A DNA stretch of 64,000 bases from contig JBJELB010000013.1 of assembly GCA_051878935.1 (NCBI GenBank), positions 4,365 to 68,364 of the forward strand, written 5' to 3'. Of this stretch, positions 56,154-64,000 are shown piece after piece. Under the pieces are notes generated by a model, which was not told the DNA's origin, did no database searches, and was given only the letters and a program-made list of their open reading frames with translations. Position numbers and translations under genes: made by a program. Every line of letters begins with the position of its first letter. Within the stretch, counting starts at the first letter, position 1. The stretch comes from Lachnospiraceae bacterium (GTDB taxonomy: Bacteria; Bacillota; Clostridia; Lachnospirales; Lachnospiraceae).

Positions 56154-57089
56154 TTATATGAATTCCGATGCGACAGCCACCAAAAGGCACAACACAACTG
56201 TTGCAATCAAAAAGATATCCCAGTATTTCTGTCGTTTTGGCCGGCTCACACTACCATCCTCATTTACTACAACAGGCTCTCCGGTTCCCAAAAACCAGTC
56301 CCTGACCTTCCACATGGTTCCATTTCGTTTTGCGATGAAATACAACAGCAAAATGGTTAACAGCAGTGATACAAATGCCATAGGAATGAGTACGGCAAAT
56401 GTCATACCAACTGACAGATTATCCACCTGCTCTTGTGCCTGTCTGGCAGTTTCTGCATATCCCGGCTGCATCATCTGAAAAGAGCTCATAACCGAGGTTC
56501 CGTTAATAACCAGATGAATCAGCATGGAAGACCAGATGGAACCGGTCAATTCTACTACCACGCCCATCAGAAGCGCATACAGAAACGCATACGGAATCTG
56601 GGCAAAGTTCATATGCAGAAGTGCAAAAAACAACGATGCATACAGAATCGGGCGAAACGAGGAATCTTTCCTGCGATATCCACCTTGAATCACACCACGA
56701 TAAAGCAGTTCTTCCGTAAACGCCGGCAAAATAGCTAAGATCAATAAGGCCGGCCCCAGTCCGTTTTGCAGTGCCGTATCAACAGTATCATCCAGACTCA
56801 CCTTTGAAAATAAACTGGATAAATAAGCAAACAATGCACAAAACGGTTCACTCACGAATGCCAGTATTACTACCTGAACTACCGTCATCAGAGAAATCTT
56901 ATGAAAATGCAGATCCGGCACATTGCGAAAGCGACCTGCTGCAAGGTAAAGAAACACAGTCAGCAGCATGATTCCATAGCTCAAGCAGGAAATCCACGTT
57001 ACATCGGTCAAATCCAGTATCGCTGCTAACACAGAAACCAGAAACTGGACTCCGACCATTATCAGACAAAATGCGTTGATTTTTTTCAT
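56154..57089 (-). CDS. CPBP-family (CAAX) intramembrane metalloprotease
   Basis: 311 aa, polytopic, with 'EELLYRG' and 'FALLH'. Confidence 0.85.
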   Translation of the reverse strand: MKKINAFCLIMVGVQFLVSVLAAILDLTDVTWISCLSYGIMLLTVFLYLAAGRFRNVPDLHFHKISLMTVVQVVILAFVSEPFCALFAYLSSLFSKVSLDDTVDTALQNGLGPALLILAILPAFTEELLYRGVIQGGYRRKDSSFRPILYASLFFALLHMNFAQIPYAFLYALLMGVVVELTGSIWSSMLIHLVINGTSVMSSFQMMQPGYAETARQAQEQVDNLSVGMTFAVLIPMAFVSLLLTILLLYFIAKRNGTMWKVRDWFLGTGEPVVVNEDGSVSRPKRQKYWDIFLIATVVLCLLVAVASEFI

Positions 57090-57096
57090 TCTTATT

Positions 57097-57483
57097 TTAC
57101 TCTTCTTTCAATGCAATTGCTTCTATTTCAATCAGAACATCCTTTGGCAAACGAGCTACTTCCACACAGGAACGTGCAGGAAAATTCGTTTTGAAGAATG
57201 TCGCATAGACCTCATTTACTTTTGCAAAATCATTCATATCTTTAATAAATACTGTAGTTTTTATTGTGCTGTCTGCACTTGCACCGGCCGCTTCTAATAA
57301 CGCAACCAGATTTCCGATTGCCTGAGTCGCCTGCGCTGTAATGTCACCTTCTACCAATTCACCTGTAGCAGGTACGATTGGAATTACCCCTGATGTATAA
57401 ACGATTCCATTTACTTCTACCGCCTGCGAATATGGTCCGATTGCTCCCGGAGCCTTGTCTGTTGCAATAATGTTCTTTGTCAT
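57097..57483 (-). CDS. ridA: RidA-family reactive-intermediate deaminase
   Basis: 128 aa with '[11 protein letters not shown]' and '[20 protein letters not shown]'. Confidence 0.93.
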   Translation of the reverse strand: MTKNIIATDKAPGAIGPYSQAVEVNGIVYTSGVIPIVPATGELVEGDITAQATQAIGNLVALLEAAGASADSTIKTTVFIKDMNDFAKVNEVYATFFKTNFPARSCVEVARLPKDVLIEIEAIALKEE

Positions 57484-58310
57484 AATACCTTAATCTCCTT
57501 TTCTGTCATTTCTATTTTATGTTCTTTTAAAAGGCGCCCAACGGCACGCTTAAAAGCATTTTTGCTGAGTCCAAACTCTTCCATAATGAGCATCTTATCA
57601 CTCTTATCCGTCACCGGGATACTGCCACCACATTCCTGAATATGCGCATATACCATCCGGCTGTCCTCTTCCATCTGAACATATGCTTTTTCCCGCAGAC
57701 TGAGGTTCATTTTCCCATCATCCCGGACATAAGAAACACGTGCTTCTACCACATCTCCTACTTGAATCGGACGGAAAATCTCCCTGTTCGGTATCATTCC
57801 ATAATACTGCTCATCTACCGCCACAAAGGCACCCATATCCGGATTCACACGATATACAACACCGGTTACATGATCATTTTTCTGATAAGAATGAGATACC
57901 GATAAAAATCTCTCAATCCGTGTCGACGCTGCCAGGCGGTTCGTATTATCAATATACAAACGAACCAGATACGGTTTTCCAGCCTCAACTTTACCTTCTT
58001 TGAAGGGAAGAAATAAATCTTTTTCCAATCCCCAATCCAGGAAAGCGCCTATTTTAGTTACTTCCTTCACTTCCAATCGTGCTATCTCACCGAGCACTAA
58101 TTTAGGACGCATAGTCGTTGCAATCAGCCGGTCTTCGGAATCACAATATACAAATACTTCTACCTCTGTTCCGAGCTTAGCATCATGTGGTACCCATTTC
58201 TTCGGTAACAGAATGCTCTCTTCTGTTTTCCCCGGTATATCATTCAGATATACACCATTTTCTGTTTGCTTTACTATATATAGTGTTTGGATTTCTCCCA
58301 GTTTAATCAT
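57480..58310 (-). CDS. S1-domain RNA-binding protein (CvfB/YitL family)
   Basis: 276 aa with tandem S1-like domains and a C-terminal winged-helix segment '[15 protein letters not shown]'. Confidence 0.85.
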   Translation of the reverse strand: MIKLGEIQTLYIVKQTENGVYLNDIPGKTEESILLPKKWVPHDAKLGTEVEVFVYCDSEDRLIATTMRPKLVLGEIARLEVKEVTKIGAFLDWGLEKDLFLPFKEGKVEAGKPYLVRLYIDNTNRLAASTRIERFLSVSHSYQKNDHVTGVVYRVNPDMGAFVAVDEQYYGMIPNREIFRPIQVGDVVEARVSYVRDDGKMNLSLREKAYVQMEEDSRMVYAHIQECGGSIPVTDKSDKMLIMEEFGLSKNAFKRAVGRLLKEHKIEMTEKEIKVL

Positions 58311-59022
58311 TTTTCTTCCTGCCTTTCAAAACTACGGCTGCAAACAGTTCTCCCTGTTCATTGCATAACTGGACAGTAACACAATTGTCTGTCCTTGTCA
58401 AATGAGGATAGACCACATCTCCATACATGGCTGCCTTTTTATATTCTGCTCTCATTTGTTCTATTACAAAATCATCCGGAATTGCTTCCATCGCCATTTC
58501 TATGTATTTTTCATTATTTACATGCCCATTCGTATCAATAAATGATTTCAAAATGGTGATTGGTGGTAACGTTTCCTCAGGCTCCGGCAGTATTAACTTA
58601 CGTTTTCCATATTCCATATCCAGTTTTTCTGCATAAGCATATGGAGCAACCGCCTCCTCCGTAATTCTCATCGGCACCCCTTTGTCTGTATCCATATGAA
58701 ACCAGATCGAATAGGCACGGGCAATGGATACTCCCTGTTCATCAATGATTTGGAAATTACGATATGCAAAGAATCCTTTGAAATCATAGGGCCATGTCTG
58801 CACACGAAGTATTTCTCCCAATCCCGGATTGCGATCCACTTCCACACCCCAGGCCGACAAAAGCCATGCACGATGGTGTGTTGCCATATACTCAATCCCT
58901 CTTCCAAGCGTTTCCGACTGCTCGGTGGAAGCATCCTGAAAATAATGAATGATCTGCGGTAACTCTACGCATCCGGTATGCGCAAGCTCACTATATCGAA
59001 CTGTTCTTTCCTGTTCAAACAT
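58303..59022 (-). CDS. Acyl-ACP thioesterase
   Basis: 239 aa double hotdog, with 'VRYSE...', 'YFQDAS' and 'AWLLSAWGVEV'. Confidence 0.8.
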   Translation of the reverse strand: MFEQERTVRYSELAHTGCVELPQIIHYFQDASTEQSETLGRGIEYMATHHRAWLLSAWGVEVDRNPGLGEILRVQTWPYDFKGFFAYRNFQIIDEQGVSIARAYSIWFHMDTDKGVPMRITEEAVAPYAYAEKLDMEYGKRKLILPEPEETLPPITILKSFIDTNGHVNNEKYIEMAMEAIPDDFVIEQMRAEYKKAAMYGDVVYPHLTRTDNCVTVQLCNEQGELFAAVVLKGRKKND

Positions 59023-59031
59023 CCTATCCTC

Positions 59032-60309
59032 CTAACTCATACGGCGGATAATCGTATTCGCCTTCTCATATACATCATCTGCTGCTTCCTCCAGGAAAAA
59101 GCTTCCATCCCGGTACAAAATCTTTCCGGCTATCATCGTCATCTTCACATTGGATTTACTTCCGGCATAAACGATATTCTTCGCAATATTGTTCATCGGC
59201 TGCATATTAGGCTGATGCAGATCGATCATAATCATATCCGCCTGTTTTCCCTCAGCCAAACAATCACAATCATATAGCTGCATCGCATGAGCACCACCCA
59301 CAGTCGCCATATAAAGCACCGACTCTGCATCCATAGCCGCTGCATCCATTTGATCCACTTTCTGAAGTGCGGTTGCCAGGAACATCTCACGAAACATATC
59401 CAGACAATTGTTGCTGGCCGGTCCATCCGTACCGATCGCCAGACGGATGCCCATCTCCTGCATGTGGGTCAACGGTGCAATGCCACTCGCCAGTTTCATA
59501 TTGGAAGCCGGATTCGTAATGACAGCTAATTGTTTCTCTTTGAAAATCTCCAAATCCTGTTCTGTCATATATACACAATGGAAACCTCCTCCACCGTGTT
59601 CAAACATACCAATCTGATTCATATACGCTGTCGGTGTCATGCCATAACGCTCGATACAGCCTGCCACTTCCTCTTTGGTTTCAGAATTGTGTGCATAGAC
59701 CGGAGCCTGATACTTCTGTGACAACCTTGCAATACCCTGCATCAGCTCAGGCGATGTGGTATATTCTGCATGAAATCCCAGCTGGTAAGAAATCAACGGA
59801 TGATAAGCATTATATTTCAGATATGCTTCTTCCACCTCTTCTATCGTACCGCCGAAATTATTAATGCTTTCACAGAACACGGTACGGAAACCGGTATCGA
59901 CCGATGCCTTTGCACCATATGGCACATGGAAATACATATCAAAATCGGCAGTGATGCCACTTGTTAAATACTCCATATAGGCAAGTTTTGATAAAGTATA
60001 AACATCTTCCCCCGTAAGCTTTGCTTCCATCGGGAAGACCTGTTTTTGAAGCCAATCCTGCAATGGCAAGTCATCCGCATAAGAACGCAAAAAAGTCATC
60101 GCCGAATGCGTATGCGCATTCTTAAATCCGGGCATCAGGACATTCCCCTGTGCGTCAATATTCTGATCCCATGCGCTCTTTGCCGCTTCTTCCTCACGCG
60201 GTCCCCCCACATAGGTAATCTTATCATCTTCTACCCACACTTCTCCATGTAAAATGCTGCAATCCGTCTGCATACTCAAGATGCGACTATTATAAAAACG
60301 AATCTTCAT
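59032..60309 (-). CDS. mtaD: Amidohydrolase, 5-methylthioadenosine/S-adenosylhomocysteine deaminase-like
   Basis: 425 aa with 'NAHTHSAMT', 'HNSET' and 'GTDG'. Confidence 0.85.
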   Translation of the reverse strand: MKIRFYNSRILSMQTDCSILHGEVWVEDDKITYVGGPREEEAAKSAWDQNIDAQGNVLMPGFKNAHTHSAMTFLRSYADDLPLQDWLQKQVFPMEAKLTGEDVYTLSKLAYMEYLTSGITADFDMYFHVPYGAKASVDTGFRTVFCESINNFGGTIEEVEEAYLKYNAYHPLISYQLGFHAEYTTSPELMQGIARLSQKYQAPVYAHNSETKEEVAGCIERYGMTPTAYMNQIGMFEHGGGGFHCVYMTEQDLEIFKEKQLAVITNPASNMKLASGIAPLTHMQEMGIRLAIGTDGPASNNCLDMFREMFLATALQKVDQMDAAAMDAESVLYMATVGGAHAMQLYDCDCLAEGKQADMIMIDLHQPNMQPMNNIAKNIVYAGSKSNVKMTMIAGKILYRDGSFFLEEAADDVYEKANTIIRRMS

Positions 60310-60313
60310 CCTG

Positions 60314-61147
60314 TCATTCTCCTATCTTTCCTATTTTCTGAATGGAGACCGTCAGCAGCTGACGGAATAACGGTGCGACACGCGCTGCTGTTTCTCCCAC
60401 TTCCGTATGTGTCAGCGGTTGATCTGTCATGCCGCATCCCATATTGGAGATACAGGAAATTCCACACACACGCATACCCATATGCTTTGCAGCCATTGCT
60501 TCGCAGGCAGTACTCATACCCACTGCATCCGCACCCAGGATACGACACATTTTCACTTCCTTCGGGGTCTCAAAATTCGGACCGGACAACTGAATATAGG
60601 TACCTTCCTGTAATTTGATGTCACATTCCTTTGCAGACTGACGAATCAATTCACTCAATTCCCGGTCATATACCTCACTCATATCCGGAAAGCGCAGTCC
60701 ATACTGTTCAAAATTCGGACCAATCAACGGCGATGGTACAAAATTGGAGATATGATCTGTAATCAGCATAAAATCGCCGGCTGAAAATTGCTCATTCACC
60801 CCTCCGGCAGCATTCGTAAGAAGCAGGCGCTCTGCCCCTATCTTTCTCATCAAGCGTACCGGCAATACCACATCTGTCATCGAATAGCCCTCATAGTAAT
60901 GTACCCGTCCCTGCATAATCACAACCGGGACCTCTCCGACATATCCAAAAATATAACGTCCTTTGTGGCTATCCACGGTAGATACCGGAAAGCCACCAAT
61001 CGAACGATAATCAACGATTCCTTCTATCCGGATATCCTCTGCGAAATCACCAAGTCCTGTTCCCAGAACAATCGCAACTTTCGGAACAAACGGCATTCTG
61101 TCCTTAATACTCTCATAACAATATTCCAGTTTTTCCTGTGGGGTCAT
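60314..61147 (-). CDS. punA: Purine nucleoside phosphorylase (PunA type)
   Basis: 277 aa from the ATG at 61147 (RBS GGAAGGGAAGAGG), with 'LGTGLG', 'GRVHYYEG' and 'GMSTACEA'. Confidence 0.92.
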   Translation of the reverse strand: MTPQEKLEYCYESIKDRMPFVPKVAIVLGTGLGDFAEDIRIEGIVDYRSIGGFPVSTVDSHKGRYIFGYVGEVPVVIMQGRVHYYEGYSMTDVVLPVRLMRKIGAERLLLTNAAGGVNEQFSAGDFMLITDHISNFVPSPLIGPNFEQYGLRFPDMSEVYDRELSELIRQSAKECDIKLQEGTYIQLSGPNFETPKEVKMCRILGADAVGMSTACEAMAAKHMGMRVCGISCISNMGCGMTDQPLTHTEVGETAARVAPLFRQLLTVSIQKIGKIGE

Positions 61148-61219
61148 CCTCTTCCCTTCCTTTCTGCGAAAATAGTCGTCCTGCCAAAACAAGCCGGACG
61201 ACTATCCTACACACTATGA

Positions 61220-62371
61220 TTAATTTAATATGATTCCATAAATGGTTACAAACTCTTTATCCTTCTCATTGATCTGAATCTTAATTTCATTAGAACCTGA
61301 CATAGAGTATCCGATAATGTTTGCCTTATCTGTCGTTTTCTTCTCATCTGTTTGCCATTCATCCACTTCCTGTCCATTCAGAAAAGTTTTAAAAGAACCA
61401 CCGTAGTTTGCTTCACAAGCATACGATACCCCTACCAGGCTTTTCTTTGTCTCATAAGTATACACATTATTTTTCTTTTCATCCATGTTTTCTAATGGAA
61501 TCAATTGCAGATCTGCGAATTGTTCTGAATCCTCATACAATACGGCAGGTAATCCATCATAAATCTCACGTCTCTCACGAACGCCCTTATCAATCATTGT
61601 TTTCAAAGTATCATAATATAGCTTATATCCGGTATCATTCGGATAGAATTCATCAACCGTTAACTGAGAATTAGTTAAACGTGACTTTTCAAACGCCTGA
61701 CACATATCAATATATGGTAAGTCATAGTGTTTGAATAATTCTTTCATCTCACGAACCAACTTAGGACTATCCTGCATCATGTTGGAAATCAACGGCACAA
61801 TCTCTGCTTTCGGACAAGCCGTATGAATCCGTCGAATCAGTGCTTCATAACAGGCTAAAAACTGTTGCGTTGTCATTTCCTTTTTATCATGGCTACCATA
61901 ACTCAGGAAAATAACATCATACTGTTCATCATCCTCATTTCGAATATATTGATACAATCCCTGATATACATTAATGCCATACGCGGATAAATCAACAGAA
62001 TCAACCGATGATTTGTATCCACGTTTAAAATACGATTCCAACAAATCTTTCCACCCGGTATTCGGATTCTGGCGTCCCTGCTGCTGTGCAATCTCATCAC
62101 CCATGACCGCCATCTTAATCCCTTCGCCCGCGCGCAGCTTATCATAAAAATTATATTTTGCTATACGTTCTTCTTCTTCGCGCTTCTCCTGCATGGTCTT
62201 TTCCCATTGTGCCTTGTCCTGCTCAGACAGCTGTGATGTCTGGCGATCGCCACTTTGGGAATCTTTAAGAATAATCACTGCAAGCAGAACAATTACAAGA
62301 CACACTAATGTAATAAACAGAATATTACGCACTTTTCTTCTTCTCATCTGATATGTTGTATGTTGTTTCAT
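61220..62371 (-). CDS. Membrane-anchored SGNH/GDSL-like protein with substituted catalytic residues, plus a C-terminal beta-rich domain
   Basis: Its SGNH blocks read 'MGDEIA' (block I, Ser to Glu), 'YGSHDK' (block III, Asn to His) and 'DEFYPND' (block V, His to Tyr). It is a paralog of 62842..63966. Confidence 0.6.
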   Translation of the reverse strand: MKQHTTYQMRRRKVRNILFITLVCLVIVLLAVIILKDSQSGDRQTSQLSEQDKAQWEKTMQEKREEEERIAKYNFYDKLRAGEGIKMAVMGDEIAQQQGRQNPNTGWKDLLESYFKRGYKSSVDSVDLSAYGINVYQGLYQYIRNEDDEQYDVIFLSYGSHDKKEMTTQQFLACYEALIRRIHTACPKAEIVPLISNMMQDSPKLVREMKELFKHYDLPYIDMCQAFEKSRLTNSQLTVDEFYPNDTGYKLYYDTLKTMIDKGVRERREIYDGLPAVLYEDSEQFADLQLIPLENMDEKKNNVYTYETKKSLVGVSYACEANYGGSFKTFLNGQEVDEWQTDEKKTTDKANIIGYSMSGSNEIKIQINEKDKEFVTIYGIILN

Positions 62372-62387
62372 ATTTCTCCCCTCAGCC

Positions 62388-62825
62388 TTATTCTACTGCA
62401 ATGATTTCATTCAAACTCTGATCTTCTCTCGGTGCATACACAAATGAAATCGTCTCAAAATCCTCAATCACGGACAATGCATCGATCACCGTTTCATCAT
62501 ATACCAGAAACGCCTCATATGTACCGTCTTCGTACTGAATCTCAACTGAATGATCATCGATAAAACCATCAAAAACTCCGGTCGCCCTCTTTTGTTTCTC
62601 TTTCGGAGCATCATTTTTATCCGGCTTACTGTCATCCACATCCTTCGGTTTCTCTGTCGTCATCTCCGTATCCGGTAACTCTGTTGTTTCCTGCGTAGTC
62701 GCACTTGTCGTCCTCTCGGTTGTCGTTTCCGTCACAGGCTGCTCTTTCTTACCACATCCATATACTAACAACATTCCCATTGCCAGTAGGACCCCGGTTA
62801 TCATAATCTGTTTTCTCATAGCCAA
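62388..62825 (-). CDS. Small lipoprotein with a Thr/Glu-rich linker
   Basis: Lipobox 'LLVYGC', low-complexity 'TETTTERTTSATTQETTE', and a ~60-aa C-terminal domain. Confidence 0.65.
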   Translation of the reverse strand: MAMRKQIMITGVLLAMGMLLVYGCGKKEQPVTETTTERTTSATTQETTELPDTEMTTEKPKDVDDSKPDKNDAPKEKQKRATGVFDGFIDDHSVEIQYEDGTYEAFLVYDETVIDALSVIEDFETISFVYAPREDQSLNEIIAVE

Positions 62826-62841
62826 TTCCTCCTCGTCCCAT

Positions 62842-63966
62842 CTAGTATAAAATCAAGCCATTTAACTCTGTTGAATCCTGATATTTCGGATCAATCTTCA
62901 AGGTAACTTTATTGGTTCCCTTCAGATTGAATCCAACCAAATCCGCTTTCTCTACATCCAATTTGCGGTTACAATCAATCGTTTTTATCTTCGTATCATT
63001 GATATATACATCAATCTTTCCATCCACATATTTCTTTCCCTGATAAGAGACACCAATGTTCGCCTTCTCCGTTGTAAAGGTATAGGTCAGCCCGGAATGA
63101 TTCATTCGTTCCGTAGAAACAACCATCGGAGCACCAATCTTCCTCGTCTCTTTATACAGCGTCTTCTCGTTTTGTTCTTTCACGACTTCCCGCTGCTCCA
63201 CAACGCCATTATCAATCAACTTACGAATGACATTGAAGTATATCCTATATCCAATATCATTTGGATGCATCCCGTCTCGTGTCATCTCTTTGACACTGTA
63301 CTCAGACTGTTGGAATGCGGTTATCGCATCGGCTACCGGATAGTCATAATATTTACCCAGCTCGTCCACAACCTTGGCATACTCTTTTGCATCGCGCAGC
63401 ACACTTTCCTTAACCAATATCAGTTCCGGATAATCACAATTCGTCTGAATCTGACGGATCAAAGCCTCATAAAACGCACGATATTCCTTAAGTGACAACG
63501 TATCTTTGTCATTGAATCCAAAGAATAAGAATACCATATCATAGTCTTCCTTATCACGCTGTACGAAATCAGAATAACATTTGAATACATCCCAGTCGTA
63601 AAAGGTATAGGAATCAACATTGCCTTTTACACGATATGTCTTCTCCAAATACGTCTTTAAACGATCCATCCATCCGGTGTTCGTCGTATACCGGCCCAAC
63701 TGAAAGCCGATATTATCTCCGATGATACAAAGACTAATCTCGCCTTCTTCATTGAGCTTATTGTAAATATTGTAATGATCCAATCGTTCCTTTTCTTTTC
63801 TGCGTTCTTCCAGTTCCCGTTCCCAGTTATCCCGGTCCTGCTGGCTGATTAGTTTCTCCTGTCGGTACATTCGTAGCGATTCATATCCCACAAGCCCCAC
63901 AATCAAAATCAGCATCACAATCAGGCTGTTTTTAATGAACTTTCTCTGTTGTTTCTCTTTCATCAT
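62842..63966 (-). CDS. Membrane-anchored SGNH/GDSL-like protein lacking the nucleophile Ser (paralog)
   Basis: Its SGNH blocks read 'IIGDNIG' (block I, Ser to Asn), 'FGFNDK' (block III intact) and 'DGMHPND' (block V intact). It has the same architecture as 61220..62371. Confidence 0.6.
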   Translation of the reverse strand: MMKEKQQRKFIKNSLIVMLILIVGLVGYESLRMYRQEKLISQQDRDNWERELEERRKEKERLDHYNIYNKLNEEGEISLCIIGDNIGFQLGRYTTNTGWMDRLKTYLEKTYRVKGNVDSYTFYDWDVFKCYSDFVQRDKEDYDMVFLFFGFNDKDTLSLKEYRAFYEALIRQIQTNCDYPELILVKESVLRDAKEYAKVVDELGKYYDYPVADAITAFQQSEYSVKEMTRDGMHPNDIGYRIYFNVIRKLIDNGVVEQREVVKEQNEKTLYKETRKIGAPMVVSTERMNHSGLTYTFTTEKANIGVSYQGKKYVDGKIDVYINDTKIKTIDCNRKLDVEKADLVGFNLKGTNKVTLKIDPKYQDSTELNGLILY

Positions 63967-64000
63967 AACCCCCTATCAAGACGCACTCTCCAGTTACCAT

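Noticed and set aside
1-64000. CRISPR arrays, tRNA/rRNA genes, prophage, integrase or IS elements
   Set aside because: I scanned the intergenic regions and found none. The only repeats are the three hairpin elements, and the only mobile-element hint is the Rpn-like fragment at the left edge.

Overview
The window looks like a chromosomal segment of an anaerobic, spore-forming Firmicute (Clostridia, Lachnospiraceae-like). This is inferred from GGAGG-type RBSs, an alpha/beta SASP gene, [FeFe]-hydrogenases, AdhE, a T-box leader and a Clostridial-type Rex box. Most genes are on the minus strand and are housekeeping or metabolic: ftsH, eda-kdgK, rmlACB, adhE, an amino-acid ABC transporter, lepB, rmuC, two azlCD pairs, comFC-recD2-mreB-like, acpP, a Fur-family regulator plus rubrerythrin, feoAB, fba, mutY, the araD/araR/araA cluster, leuA behind a Leu T-box, ridA, mtaD and punA. 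I found no rRNA, tRNA, CRISPR array, integrase or transposase, apart from a possible Rpn-like 3' fragment at the left edge.

The observations most worth a second look are:

1. **Hairpin repeat family.** Three copies of a roughly 320-430 bp hairpin-forming repeat lie at 4428-4750, 17406-17817 and 35146-35572. The copies have diverged from each other, but each keeps its own two arms complementary. I do not recognise the family.
2. **Sensory hydrogenase operon.** A [2Fe-2S] ferredoxin, a PAS-bearing HydS-like hydrogenase, a SpoIIE/PP2C phosphatase and a second hydrogenase sit next to adhE. adhE has a near-consensus Rex operator and is followed by an APH-fold protein that lacks both catalytic Asp residues.
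3. **RiPP-like operon.** An HPr-kinase-like protein, a PqqD/RRE protein, an S24/S26-like peptidase and an ABC exporter form one operon with no visible precursor peptide or core modifying enzyme.
4. **Disrupted type III toxin-like gene.** It has a promoter, structured leader and terminator. A single in-frame TAA interrupts it, and its frame then runs without a stop into a DUF2130 nuclease-like gene.
5. **Orphan transcription unit.** A consensus promoter and an intrinsic terminator bracket about 510 nt with no ORF, directly downstream of comFC.
6. **Degenerate SGNH-like paralogs.** Two membrane-anchored paralogs with substituted catalytic residues flank a small lipoprotein gene.

All functional calls come from reading the translated ORFs and recalling family motifs. 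No database search was run.
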